A DNA stretch of 64,000 bases, taken from assembly GCF_009914755.1 (NCBI RefSeq), contig NC_060948.1; one strand, 5' to 3'. Made by a program: the position numbers and the translations under genes. Below the pieces are notes generated by a model. The model worked only from the letters and a program-made list of their open reading frames with translations. It ran no database searches and was not told the origin of the DNA. Below are positions 21,821 through 35,652 of this stretch, in pieces. The first letter of the stretch is position 1. The number at the start of each line of letters is the position of its first letter. The DNA is from the human T2T-CHM13v2.0 reference genome, Homo sapiens.

Positions 21821-22746
21821 ACCCCTTACCTTTAAAACATTCTTCATTTCCTTTTTATTGGCCTCTCCTTTTAGAATTCACGCTTATGGATCCTTGCAAA
21901 AAGAATTACAAAGGGAAGTTTTCTTTGTTATCACTTAGGAAAAGGAAACCTTTGTATTATCATTGAGATGATGATTACAAAATTCATCCAGTTACTGAGC
22001 AACTCATAAAATCTTTCATCCTATTTCATGCTAGAAACAGGAAGATTGGAATCTGCCTGGAACAAAGAACTGCACCTAAGCAGACCAGAAGCAAAATGTC
22101 TTCTTCACGGCCTGAGGACATTTCCAGTTTTCTCTGTACCTGTGTGTATAGAAATAGATCAGAGCACAGTTGAAATTCATGGAACTGGCATTATTTAAGC
22201 AACCAGAATTCCACACTGTAGGAAGGTTTTGAAAATTGTTTCGTTATAGATTTTATCTTATCTTTTGGTGTTGTCTTGGTTTTTCTCATAGACTTTATAA
22301 GTTTGAACTGGACTTATTTGATTATAACCACAAATTGTGTGTGTGTGTGTGTGTGTATATATAGAAGTCATTATGGCAGATGCACAAATTGTGCAGTGAT
22401 GTAAATATACATACTTCACAGAGCCTATTATTTTTATTTTTCAATTCAGTTTCTCAAATTATCTTCCCTTCTCTTGGGGACAACATCTGAAGGGTATGTT
22501 GCATGCATTTTTAAAAAAATCATCTCATATGCATTGTATAGTTTGGGGGAATAAGATATCCGGGGGCCGGGGGTGTCTACATTCAGTATCTTTAGTTCTT
22601 CCTACCTAGTAACTTGAGACTTTAAAAGAAGAAACATGGAGAAGATGTGGGAGCGAATTTATTGCAGGAATCCACAATGACTTTGAAGTTGTTGGAGCAA
22701 TGCATTGTATTCAGAAAACCTGTGTCACATTAAAAAATTTCATCTA

Positions 22747-25700
22747 GGCTAGGTGCAGTGGCTTGTTCCTGTAGTCCCAGCACTCTGGGAACCTGGGTTG
22801 GGAGGATTGCTTAAGGCCAGGAGTTTGAGACCAGCTTGGGCAACATAGTGAAACCCTGTCTGTATGGAATTTACACAAATTATAAAAATTAGTCGGGTGT
22901 CATTGTGCATACCTGTAGTCCCAGCTATTCAGGAGCTGTGGTAGGAGGATGGCTTGAGCTCAAGAGGTTGAGGCTGCAGTGAGCCCTGATTGTGCCAGTG
23001 CACTCCAGCCTGGACGACAGAGCAAGACCCTGTATTAAAAAAAAAATTCATCCTGCACAGGGAAATGGCTACCTATTAAAGTCCCAGTTGAAATTTTTTG
23101 AAAAAATACACCTCCCACAGTTCACAAATAACTTTTAAGATCAGCTCATCTATAAGGCTGACCTTCATGCAGAGATTTTATTTCACCTTTAGTTTTGGGA
23201 AAAGCGAGAAACAGATGATCTATAGGATGTGAGTGGGTGGCAGAGTCAAAAGGAACCTCACCTGTTCCTAATTTCTCCTTTTAAATATTCATGTTGAGTG
23301 TGCCTAATACTCTCCTCGACAAGTCATGCTGTTTTATGCAGAATAATCCAGGCGTGAGAGTGTTCTCTTGGGAAATGACTGGGGAGACACCTGAAAGGAG
23401 CAACCTCCAGATGTTCTTCCCTGGGTGTTGATGTCATGACAGCCATACAGTGAGTTTGTTCTGAAACATCTCTTGCTAAATGTGGGTCATGCTAGACACA
23501 GCATAAACTGAGGGTGTGGGTTCTGGCTTTGTACATAACTCATTTTCTCCCTTGCTTTTTCTCTGGACCATCCTGGCTGGAAACTTGGCTGTAGACATCT
23601 GAAGAGGGTGCACCTTTTCTCTTTACTGTGACTCACCTCAAATATGGCATTGCTCAAATCTGCTGTGTATGAGGTCACAGGGCCCAGCTGTGGCAGGGGT
23701 GAGTGCATTGAAGAAGTAGGTTTTGGAGCCTTCCAGGAATTCCTTGTTGACAACAGGGGTACACTCACACAGACCTCCAAGACTTTCTTCTCCACCTCTT
23801 CTTTTTCTCATGCCCTGCCTTCATCTGTCTCCTTCTGCACCCAGAGTAGGGGTGGAGTATACCCTTGCCATGTGTTAGTGAAAATGTGTGCAGTGAGAAG
23901 CCAGTTGGGTCCCCTCGGCTCCTAATCTCTTCTCAAAACTCAGTAGCTCAGGTTCTCTGGAGCCATCCGGTGCATTCCTTGCTATTGGAGCTGTTTTTCC
24001 AAGCAATATCTGGGAAGAGATTTCTCCCTCTAGCACTTGCTACCTCTCTTCTGCACACATATCACACATCAGTACTGTGGAGAGTTTCTGTTAGGAAAAG
24101 CCATACATTTTTAAAAATGTAGCAAAATGTCAAGGGAAATGTAATCAGATTTGGCCAGAGTTCGCCTACAGATAAGAAGGCACTGGGCCAGGCTCACACC
24201 TGTAATCCTAAGTAACACTTTGGGAGGCTGGGGCGAGAGGATTGCTTGAGCCCAGGAGTTCAATACCTGTCTGGGAAACACCTCATCTCTACAAAATACA
24301 AAAAAGTTAACTGGGCATGGTGGAGCATGCCTGTAGTCTCAGCTACTCAGGAGGCTGAGATGAGAGGATCACTTGAGCCTGAGGAGGTCCAGGCCACAGT
24401 GATCTGAGATCACACCATTGCCCTCCAGCCTGGGTGACAGAGTGAGACCCTGTTCCAAAAAAAAAAAAAAACCCAAAAAACCTCAATGGCTTTTTGCTTT
24501 TGAAGGTGGTATGAAGAGAACGTCCACTTTAAGGCTTTAAAAGACAGTGAAGCTGGTTGTAGGGCTCACTTTTATAATCCTAGGATTTGGGGAAGCTGAA
24601 GCAGAAAGATTGCTTGAGCCTGGGAGTTTGAGACTGGCCTGGGCAGCATAGCGAGACCCCATCTCTATATAAAAAAAAAGATGTTAAAACAGTGAAATTA
24701 CAGAAACAGAACATAGCCACCCTGTTTCATCAGTGACCTTTTCTTCACGTGACGGTCAACTCAGTAGGTGAGAATAATTAGTAGGTTCAGCAGAATAAAC
24801 TCTTTACAATTAATAACTCAGTGGAAAATGATGTTCAGATGGTGAAATGTGGAAATGTTTTAGACAACTCTATTTTCAGCCTGTGCTTCTCACTCACCAT
24901 CCTGTTGGGATTAACAGTTGAGGGCCATCGCTGCCTAAACATTTAGCGTGCGGTTTCCCATCAGTTTTACTGTGAATGTGAAAAGGTGAAACTGTTGCTG
25001 ACTTCGGCAGCAGGTATACTAAAATTGGAATGACACAGAGGAGATTAGCATGGCCCCCTGCGCGAGGAAGATCCGCAGATTCATGCAGCATTCCATATTT
25101 TTTTAAAAAAAGGTTACACTGTGCACCGACGTGGAGCTAGAAGGAAAAGCATGAAGTCTCATGTTTGCTGACTATAAAAATAAATCATAGTAATAATATT
25201 ATTGAACATTCTACTTTAAAAATTATTAATAAAACCATAAATGAAACACTTGAGCACACTTTAAAAAGTACATAAACCCATGAGTCCATATGTGTAATTT
25301 TATGTTGTCTGTTTTATTATCCAGGATTTCATACTCAGATGAGCATTAGCATCAGGAAAGCCTGAAATGCCTTAATTGTGAACTGATACGCAGGAAAATG
25401 AAATATGTAAGCACATTGGTGACCTTGTTCTTTACAGACATCATGATCAGCCTCCAGCCATACAGAACAAATGAGAAATTAGAAGCAATTCCAAGAACGT
25501 GTGATGGTGTGAAACCCACTTTTGACCGTCACACACATTTCAGCATTTGAAGAGACACAGGCTACCTGGAAACTGCCCATGGCGGGGTCATAATTTAAAT
25601 GTCCCAATGTCATATAGAGGTTAATTTAATCAAAATGAGCTAAAACATGGAACAATCACTGAATAATTTAAAAAGAGTTTACCTGGCAGAGTGTGTCATG

Positions 25701-25989
25701 CCTGCAATCCCAGCACTTTGGGAGGCCAAGGCAGGCAGATCACCTGAGGTCAGGAGTTTGAGACCAGCCTGGCCAACATGATGAAACCCTTGTCTCTATT
25801 AAAAACACAAAAATTAGCCAGATGTGGTGGCACATGCCTGTAATCCCAGTTAGTCGGGAGGCTGAGGCAGGAGAATATGGAACTCAGGAGGCGGAGGCTG
25901 CAGTCAACCAAGATTGCGCCACTGCACTCCAGCCAGGGCGAAGGAGTGAGACTCCCATCTCAAAAAATAAAAAAAAAAATAAATAAAAA
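22747..25989 (+). mobile_element. Sense Alus in the 3' UTR: 22747-23047, 24186-24480, FLAM 24552-24680, 25683-25989
   Basis: Alu consensus, all + orientation. Confidence 0.85.
24995..25104 (+). pseudogene. RNU6-941P: Full-length U6 snRNA retro-pseudogene in the PRKY 3' UTR (symbol from memory)
   Basis: Colinear with U6 (cttcggcagca..tatactaaaattggaa..acagag.agattagcatggcccc.tgcgc..ttccatatttt) with many substitutions; short A tail; degenerate TSD aaaaggtgaaactg (24981-24994) / aaaaggttacactg (25108-25121). Confidence 0.9.
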
Positions 25990-27845
25990 TAGTTGACCCG
26001 GGTGGGCATTCCAAAATGTTCCCATAGATGATCGTGAAACAATCACTGTGCAAAATGTAGAGGAAAATTCTTACGATAATCACAAAATTTGTATCAGAAA
26101 AACATTACAAATTTACTTTGCTCCATGTAATTTTATGAATTGGCAGTATTTTCTTAAATTGGGATACAGTAAGAGAATATCTTTAGGAAATGGAAATGTT
26201 AAAACAAGAAGTAACAAGAGGTTGTTTTTCTGAAGGGAAATGCCACCGGCCTGCTTTCATAGGCATTGATAAAGCCAGGAAGGAAATAAAGTCACAACCG
26301 AATAGTATACACTGTATCTACTGAATTCTTCTAATTCCTTCACAACAGAAGTCTAAATCCTGCTTAGCCTAAACATATCTATAGCCAGCGATGGGCAAAT
26401 TATATTTGCTGTCAGCATGATGGAATAAGAAACAGAAACCCCCCAGCAGTGGGGTAAGATTGCACGCTTCATCCCCTCAAAATGCAGTTCAGCCCCACTC
26501 CCTCTCCATGCCCATCAAACAACTGCAAAATCACTTGTTACTGAATTTCTCATTCAGCGTTTTGTTTCTTTCTGTCCATACTTAAAGACCAAATTATTTG
26601 TTTGCTTTGAAGAAAAAGCAAAAGCAACAAAAACACCAAATCATTTGAAATCACTACCCATTAAAAAAAATCACCAGTGGAACTAAACAGTTGAGTGGTT
26701 TGGGATGTGTTGTTCGCCATTTCTGTGTTTGACCTACATGGTCTCTAGTTCTTTGGACAATTGTAACTGTGAAACTATGGCTTAACACTGTTAAAGACTC
26801 CAAGGCTCCACTCTGTAGCCAGGTGCAACTCAGGCTGCACAAATACCCCACCAGAATGTCACAATCATTCATTGCTCCAGCTGCTGAGTGAACAGAGTGC
26901 AAGACAGCACTGGCTTGGGTTTTATTTTTGCAGCCAGTTAACTTTGCATCAGGTCTACACAGTCCTTGCAGCCTTTGATTTCTCCAGTTGTACAGATTTG
27001 AAATGGGGTGCCCGGGTTCCTCTCGTTTTTCCTTCAATCTACCTAGCATGCATTTTACACACATTGGAGGAGTCGTATGCACTGTTTTTCTCTTGCTGAT
27101 GGAGGCAAGAACGCCTTCTAATTAGTATAACTTAAATGGACGGGATTCACTTAAAAGCAAGAAGAAAAGCACATGAACAGGTGTCTTAATGCATTTGGAT
27201 ACTTTGGGGTGTGTGCCTGTCTGTGTGTGTGTCTTGGTGAAGGTGGGCTGTATTTTCACCAAGCCTTTTCATAATCAAGTTTGCTTTGCAAACCATCTGG
27301 CCTTGCCCCCAGCAGTACAGTCCTTCCTAATAACGGGGATGCTCTGTCATGTTTCTCTGTAAATTGTTGTGTGTTGGGAAGTTCTGTTGAGGCTTAGTTT
27401 GATCTTCCATGGTGGACATGTCTGTTCTGTATATAAAAAGCATTACATCTGTGTTTTAGCAGGTGGGATTTGAAGCTTTTCCACAGTCCTTGTGCTCTGA
27501 GATGGCTGTTGAGCTCTGCTCAGCTGTCACAGCTGAATTCTTTTTTTGTGCTGAACACTGGGCAGCCTCACCTTGTTGCCAACGTGCTTCTGGGGCCCCT
27601 GTGACTGCTGCCGGATGCTGTGCACACAGGCAGAGTGCCTTGGCAGGTTTGTGCACCCCTTGGCGAGCCAGAACTGGGAACCCCGCGGAGTGACCCCACC
27701 TTCTCATGGGGGGTCAGGGAGGGGAGTGCCTATTTTTAATCTTGTTTGTTGCGCAATGGAAATCACTGTGATTTGTACATATGCCCTAGGAAAATTTTAC
27801 CGCTGTCTAATTTATGTAATAATACTGATGATTCTAGGTTTGTTT

Positions 27846-27895
27846 AATAAAACTTTATATCTTTTCAGAAGTCTGAGTTTTGTCGCTTCTGTTTC
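27846..27895 (+). terminator. Distal polyadenylation signal with downstream GU/U-rich element
   Basis: AATAAA 27846-27851; upstream TGTA motifs (~27774, ~27815); downstream gtctgagttttgtcgcttctgttt. Confidence 0.7.
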
Positions 27896-28699
27896 CAAAC
27901 AAGCTGTGACTTTTCTCCTTTGGTCTAATCCAGGGATGGGCAATTATCTGTAGGGACCACATGGCAGATATTCCGCATTGCAGGATACACAGTCTCTGCT
28001 GCACAGGGTGCAAAAAAGCTGCTATAATTAGGCACGGAGGTGCATGCCTATAAGTGCAGTGCTTTCGGGGGCCAAGGCAGGAGGATTGCTTAAGCCCAGG
28101 CGTTTGAGACCAGCCTGGACAATGTAGTCCCATTGAGTGACTTGGGACCCACCTTCAGCGATGACTCCTTCAGGGTTCACAGAACATTTTAACCATTTGC
28201 CTATATCTTGATCCTATACCTTTATTTTCTTACTCTTCACCTGATTTGGCTATTCCCTAACATTTTCTGTCCCTTTATCTTCACCGAAGTTTAGCTTAGC
28301 TTTCTGCCTTTAAATGTGTTCTTTAAGTAATGACAGATCATCCTTATTCTAGGCTGCAAAGATTGTAGTAAATATACTCTTTCTAGACAGGCAGAATAAA
28401 TTTTGATGGCTCATTTTTAAAAAATTTATATCTTTTTGAGGGGTTTGGTTAGCTTTTCAAATTTGAATTAGTCAATATTTTAAATGGCTTAATTATTTTT
28501 AAAATTTTTTAATATTATAATATGTAAATATTGTCATGTTTCGTATTGTAAATGTTACAGCATTTGTGACAATGAAAATAAGTCTTAAAACATATCCCAG
28601 AAATAAAACCACTTCATCATGTATAGAGTTCTCTATCAGTATCTACTTTGGTAATTGTTATATGGGCTTCACAGTTCTATTACAATTTATAAAACTTGA

Positions 28700-28825
28700 G
28701 CTAGGCAACCTAGTGAGAGCCTGTCTCTACAAAAAAAATGAAAAAATTAGCTGGATGTTGTGGTGCATGCCTGTAGTCCTAACTACTCAGGAGGCTGAGG
28801 TAAGAAAATTGCTTGAGCCCAGGAG

Positions 28826-28870
<45 letters not shown>

Positions 28871-28995
28871 GGTAGATGACAGGTAGATAGATATAGATGA
28901 ATAGATAGACGTTAGATAATAGGTTGACAGGGATAGATGATAGACAATAGGTTTATAGGGATGGATGATAGATGGTTAGATAGGTTGAACGATAG
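28700..28995 (+). repeat. Truncated Alu running into (TG)~19 and a degenerate (TAGA)n tract
   Basis: Alu breaks at gagcccaggagg; perfect TG run ~28829-28865; GATA-like units to ~28995. Confidence 0.85.
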
Positions 28996-29014
28996 AATTT
29001 GTCATGCAAAAGCC

Positions 29015-29240
29015 AAGGGTTTCTCTAACTGAGCACTGCTGACATCTGAGGTTGGGTGATTCTTGGTCGTTGGTGCCATTCTATGCATTATAGGATGCTG
29101 ATAGACATCTTTGGCCTCTACTCCCTAGATACCAGTATCCCCCTTGGCCCCCACTCCTGTGATGACAACTAAAAATGTCTCCAGACATTGCCAAAAGCCC
29201 CTGGGAGGTAAAATCTCCCCTGGTTGAAAACCACTACTTA
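29015..29240. mobile_element. MER20 (hAT-Charlie)
   Basis: gtttctc..cactgctgacat..aaaaatgtctccagacattgccaaa..ggttgaaaaccact. Confidence 0.75.
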
Positions 29241-29689
29241 GAAAAATAAGATTGGGGACCATTTGGGAGCCATCAACTGAGAGCAAAACAAAGAACCAGA
29301 ACTTGAATGGTGATCTTCCTTTAAGCTTTCACAACAAGAAATAGAAAAGAGGTATAAAGATCTCTTGCAGTGGGCATTTGAAGGATATTTTTTTCTGATG
29401 TGTTGCCTTTCCTTTCTCTGAATTCATCTCAGGATTTTAGTCAATGTCGCCAAGTCAACATTTGATCTTTTGCCAAACAGGAAATATTTCTATGAACAGC
29501 GTAGTGAATTGTAAGTAAGAGCCTCGGGTGCCTGAAAGTGCCTTGAGTCATGAGTCAGAGACGTGGGTCAGGCTCTGCTTCTCACTGGGGCCATCGTGTT
29601 GGGCATGTTTCTTAAGCTGTTCTCCGTATTAATGGATCCATCTTCAAATAGGGGCAGTAATTATTGCTGTGGGCTCCCTTTCTGATCAG

Positions 29690-30200
29690 AAACCTCCAAT
29701 AGCTCTCTGTTGCACTCAGAAGACAAAATAACATTATAACAACAGTGTAGGAGCATCTCCATTATCCGCTGTCAATAATGTCCCAGAGTCTCTCTCCAGG
29801 GCATCCACTGCCAATGCCTGGACTCTGCTGATTTAGAACACATCCCAAAAGCTCCTGCCATGGGGCCTTTGCTCTGGCCCTTTTCTTCTAGATACCAGCA
29901 TAGCGTTCACCTTCACCATCTTCAACTCTTTGCTCAAATATCTTCTCAATTCCTCCAGCACTTTATTTAAAATTTTAACTTGTTTCCAACACTGTCTACC
30001 ACTTTCCCAAAGTTATTTATTTTTTCTCTCCATCACTGAGCACTTTCTACTGGTTTGTACCCTTTTCTTACTTACTTTGTTTATTGTCTTCCTCATCCCA
30101 CTAGAATGCAAACTCCAGGCAGGCAAGGAATTTGGTCTTTGGTTGGGTTTGTTGAAACCCTGGCACCTAGAACAGTATCTGATAACGTAGGTGTTGCATT
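29690..30200. mobile_element. L2 3' fragment
   Basis: ctagaatgcaaactccaggcaggcaagga..cacctagaacagt..gtaggtg terminal L2 motifs. Confidence 0.6.
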
Positions 30201-30375
30201 CCTCATGTGAAACTGTATTAGTGATGATTCTCCTCCATCATGCTGTATTTTCATTTGCAGTCATGGTATGACATTATGAATAAGGTTCATTGTAATTTAT
30301 CTAGTTGCCTAAGAAAAAGAGAATTAAATGGTTTGCCACTTTTATGTTACAAACAATACTACATAAAATAATCAG

Positions 30376-31696
<1,321 letters not shown>

Positions 31697-31816
31697 GAAG
31701 AGGAAGAGGCTGCTGTGCTGGTGAGCCATTTCCCCTGGGTAAAATAAAGCCCCAACTTGTAGCCTTTGACAGCTTCTGTGATGTAAATGCTTATTCTTCC
31801 CATAATTGATCTCACT

Positions 31817-34800
31817 GTCTCACTGTATCTGGGGATCCATAGTCGGCAAAAGCTGGTGATTCCAAGGAACCCCTGCATCTGTTTTAATATCTTAGGGTGA
31901 GGATAAGCCAGTATAGGCTGTATTCATTCCTTGCTGAGGGCCCTCATCCCTCTAGCTAAGATTAGGCCTAGATATTTGATCTGCTGTAGGCAAAGCTGGG
32001 CCTTTGACCTAGATGCCTTGTACCCTTGATTAGCTAGAAAATTCAAGAGCTCTACAGTAGCCTGCTGGCATAAGGCTTCTGAACTGGTAGCCAGAAGTAA
32101 ATCATCCACATACTGAAGGATCAGAGTGCCTGGACTGGAGAAGTGGCCTAGACTGTGGGCCAGTGCCTGACCAAACAGATGAAGGCTATCCCTAAACCTT
32201 TGGGGCAAGACCATCCATGTAAGTTGGGACATGTGGTCTGTGGGATCCTCAAAGGCAAAGAGAAACTGAGAGAGTGCAGCGGAATACAGAAAAAGGCATC
32301 TTGGAGGTCCCGAACAGTGAACCATTCTGTTTCCTCTGGTATTTGAGAGATGAGGGTATAGGGGTTGGGTATAACTGGATATAGAGGAATTACTGCCTCA
32401 TTGATGAGTCTAAGCTCTTGCACTAGTCTCCACTGACCATTTGGTTTTTGAACTCCTAGAATTGGGGTGTTGCAAGGACTGCTGCATTTCCTTACTAAGC
32501 CTTGAGCTTTTAAATGTTTAACAATATCCTGTAATCCTTTATGAGCTTCAGGCCTTAAGACATATTGCCATTGATAAGGAAAAGTGATGGGAACTTTTAG
32601 CCTGATTTGGACTGGGAGGGCATTTTTTGCCCTTCCAAATTGTCCTTCCAATCCCCAGACTTCAGGGTTGATTCCCTCCTCAAGTAGGGCACAGCAAATG
32701 GGTAACTTGTTCCCCATATTCATGTGGATAATAAGTCCAGTTTTGGCTAATATATCCCTCCCTAATAAGAGTGTGGGACTTTCAGGCATAACAAGAAAGG
32801 CGTGTGAAAAGAGCAAAATCTCCCAATTCCAACTGAGGAGGTGGGAGAAATCCCTGGTTACAGGCTGTCCCAGGATTCCTCAGATGGTAATGGACCTTGA
32901 GGACAGTCATCAAGGACAGGAGATTAACACTGAGAAGGCTGTGCCAGTGTCCAGGAGGAAGTCAATTTCCTGGACCTCAATGGTTATACATACACAGGGC
33001 TCAGTGAGGGTGGTGATATGTGTTGGCACTTGCCCTGGGCACCCTCAGTCCTGTTGTTGGATCATCTGGTTGGGGGCTTCTGGCCCAGAGAACCAATGCA
33101 TTCTGGGGCAGTCTGCCTTCCAGTGATTGCCTTGGCATAGTGGACATGGATGAGGGGGCAGCTTGTTTCTCTTTGGACAGTCTTTTTTAAAGTGTCCTTG
33201 TAAGCCACACTGATAACAAGCCCTACCAGGTGATTGGCCTGCTCCATTTTCTGTCCTTTCTGAACCACCAAGTTTGTTTATTTGAGGGCCATGACTAAGG
33301 CTGTGGCCTTTCTTTCATCTCGCTTTTCCTCTTGGGCCTGTTTCTTTTGGTCCCTATTATACAATACCAAGGTTGCCTCCAGATTTTGTTCAGGGCACAG
33401 GGCTCACTTGTGGAGCTTTCTCCTGATATCTGTGATTGGGTAATAACCTTATGTTTTAGGATCAGTTGACCCTCTAGTGAGTCTGGTGACAGGGGAGTAT
33501 ATTTTCTTAGGCCTCCCATAGCCCCTTGAGGAAGACAGAAGGATTTTCTTTCTTTCCCTGAGTTATGGTGGACATGATTGAATAATTCATGGGATGTTTC
33601 CTAATTCTCCTTAGTGCTTCTAGAACACAAGTCAGCAAATGTTTATGACTCCAGTCCCCATGATCTGAGTCAAGGTCCCAGTGGGGATCCATACTGGGGA
33701 TGGCTTGCTGACTGGTATGGAATTTGTCCCTTTCTTCAGCTGTCATTCTATCATTTACTTGATTAAGATACCAGGTATCTCCAAACTCTTAGGCTGCAGC
33801 TAAAGCCACATTCTTTTCATTGAAGGCGAGGGTTTGATCTAACAATAGCATGACATCTCTCCAAGTGAGATCAAAGGTTTGCCCTAGACTCTGTAGAACA
33901 TCCATGCACCTATCAGGATCATCTGAAAACTTCCCCAGGTCTGCGTTGATCTGCTTTAAATCAGAGAGGGAGAAGGGGACATGTAGCCGGGTTGGGCCAA
34001 ATTCCCCTCCCCCTACAGCTTGAAGGGGACATAACCGATAGCCCAGGTTTTTGTGGTCCTTTAGATATTTCTTTGCTTATTTCCTTCTGGGTGGGGGAGA
34101 TTAGAGGAGGCTTATCATTAATAGAAAGAGGAGTTATAGGGAGGCTAGGATATGGGGGTAAGCTGAGAGGTCCTCCTGTGGGATGTAAATTGCAAGCTTT
34201 GCATAGTTGTGTATTCTCCTTCAGTGAAAAGAAAGCTTGGACATAAGGTATTTCAGTCCATTTGCCTTTGCTCTTACAGAAAAGGTCAAGCTGCCAGATA
34301 GTATTGTGATTTGTACTTTCAGGTGGCCATTTTTCCCCATCAGAGAGAGAATATTGGGGCCAAGCCACGGTGCAGAAAAAAAAAAAAAAAAAATGAGCCA
34401 CCTCTTTTTCAGGGTTTGCAGGTCAGTTTGGTCCCAATGGCTTAGGATGCATTTCAAAGGTTAGCCTGTTGATGCCTGAGTGTTTCCCATTTGAAAGACA
34501 AAACTGCCTGTGGTTTTGGTTTGTTTTGCCCACCCACACAAGAACCCACAGTGGTCCCTGGACCATGCTGATTGGAAAAGTTGCACTCACCGACATAGCA
34601 GCAGAAACATCTCTTGCCCAAGAACCCACAACAGTCTCTGGACCTTGCTGATCTGCATAGTTGCACTCAGCGATGCAGCAGAAGAAACACTAGTTTTCCT
34701 CCTAGACCACAAGGTGGACCGAGGAAGATCGGATTTAGTAGCCCTATCCAACGCATTCTCGAAAAACTGTTAGAGTCCTAAACATTCTTTTGTTAGTATT

Positions 34801-35652
34801 TGGACTTTACCCCTGTCCTATAAAGATGTTATGCCCCACAAATGAAGTGGAGGTCCATACCCTGAGGGAGGGAAGCATCTCCAGGGTTGGAAGAGTGACA
34901 CTTTTTGTCCTCACTTGAATAGGAAGGATATCATTTCTGAAGCTCACCATTATCATAGCTTCAGGAATAGCTTTTGTTAGGCCTGCTAGTTTGAGGAGGA
35001 TCCTAAAATTCCAGATAGTCCCCTCTATAACAGGGCTTTGGGCAAATATTATGTCTTTCTGATTGGTGAGCCCAGGTGCTTTAAAAAGGTAACAGAGTTC
35101 TGGAATTTATACTAGAAATCATTCTTACAGGAGAAACTAGAAAAGCACCAGAGACCAGGAGAGGTTTTTAGAAGTGAGACTAGCCTCAGAGAAGAGAGGA
35201 GAGAGGAAGTTTGTCTGAAAGGCATTAGGACCCAGCAAGCAAGGATCAGGATAGATAGGATAGATGGGCAAGTCGCTTGGGCGACATGACTTTGAGAGTT
35301 CCACTCATGGCCACAGGGTCAACCAACTTGCGTCAGGACCCAGGAGCTGAATGGCTTTCCTCTCTGTCGACTCTTGGCTCAGCCCAGAAGTACAGGAAAA
35401 GCAGAAGCTGGTTCCAGGCAAACCAACTTTCCCAACTCTGAAGAGTTGGGGATTGTTAGAGAGCTCTTTCCCAGAAAGCCTGACACTCATGTCTTTAGTC
35501 CAGTGTCCACACTAGTTGCTTTTAACTGGCTGACAGCTGCCTGGTATTTAGCCCCTGATTCTAAGGAAAAATAGGACAGAATAGCAAGTGAAAGGGGTCC
35601 AATGGTGGTTACCACTTGGCGATAGTTGATAGTCCCATCTGGGTCACCAAAA
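31817..35652 (-). mobile_element. HERV9 (ERV9) internal region: leader, gag (~34490-33060), pro (~33050-32800), 5' pol/RT; disrupted and 3'-truncated
   Basis: Minus-strand ORF fragments: gag [15 protein letters not shown], pro FLLDTG and LLGRDIL, RT PCNTPILGV..WRLVQ, LQYVDDLLL, GFLGITSFCRLWIP; many stops and frameshifts. Confidence 0.9.
35632..35649 (-). promoter_or_regulatory. HERV9 primer-binding site (tRNA-Arg)
   Basis: Minus strand TGGTGACCCAGATGGGAC, 3 nt from the LTR end. Confidence 0.8.

Larger units (their letters stand above)
22035..27870 (+). other. PRKY: PRKY terminal non-coding exon (~5.8-kb 3' UTR)
   Basis: Acceptor atttcatgctAG (22033-22034; an alternative AG at 22039-22040). 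Sequence after it resembles the PRKX 3' UTR as recalled. Ends after AATAAA at 27846; exact cleavage site estimated. Confidence 0.7.

Noticed and set aside
24995-25104. Functional U6 snRNA gene
   Set aside because: Many substitutions, TSD and A tail, no recognisable PSE/TATA upstream.
22747-25989. Inverted Alu pair in the 3' UTR (nuclear retention/dsRNA)
   Set aside because: All UTR Alus are on the + strand.
25430-26400. Hidden coding exon in the 3' UTR
   Set aside because: A-rich sequence resembling very old L1 ORF2; no sustained frame or splice pair.
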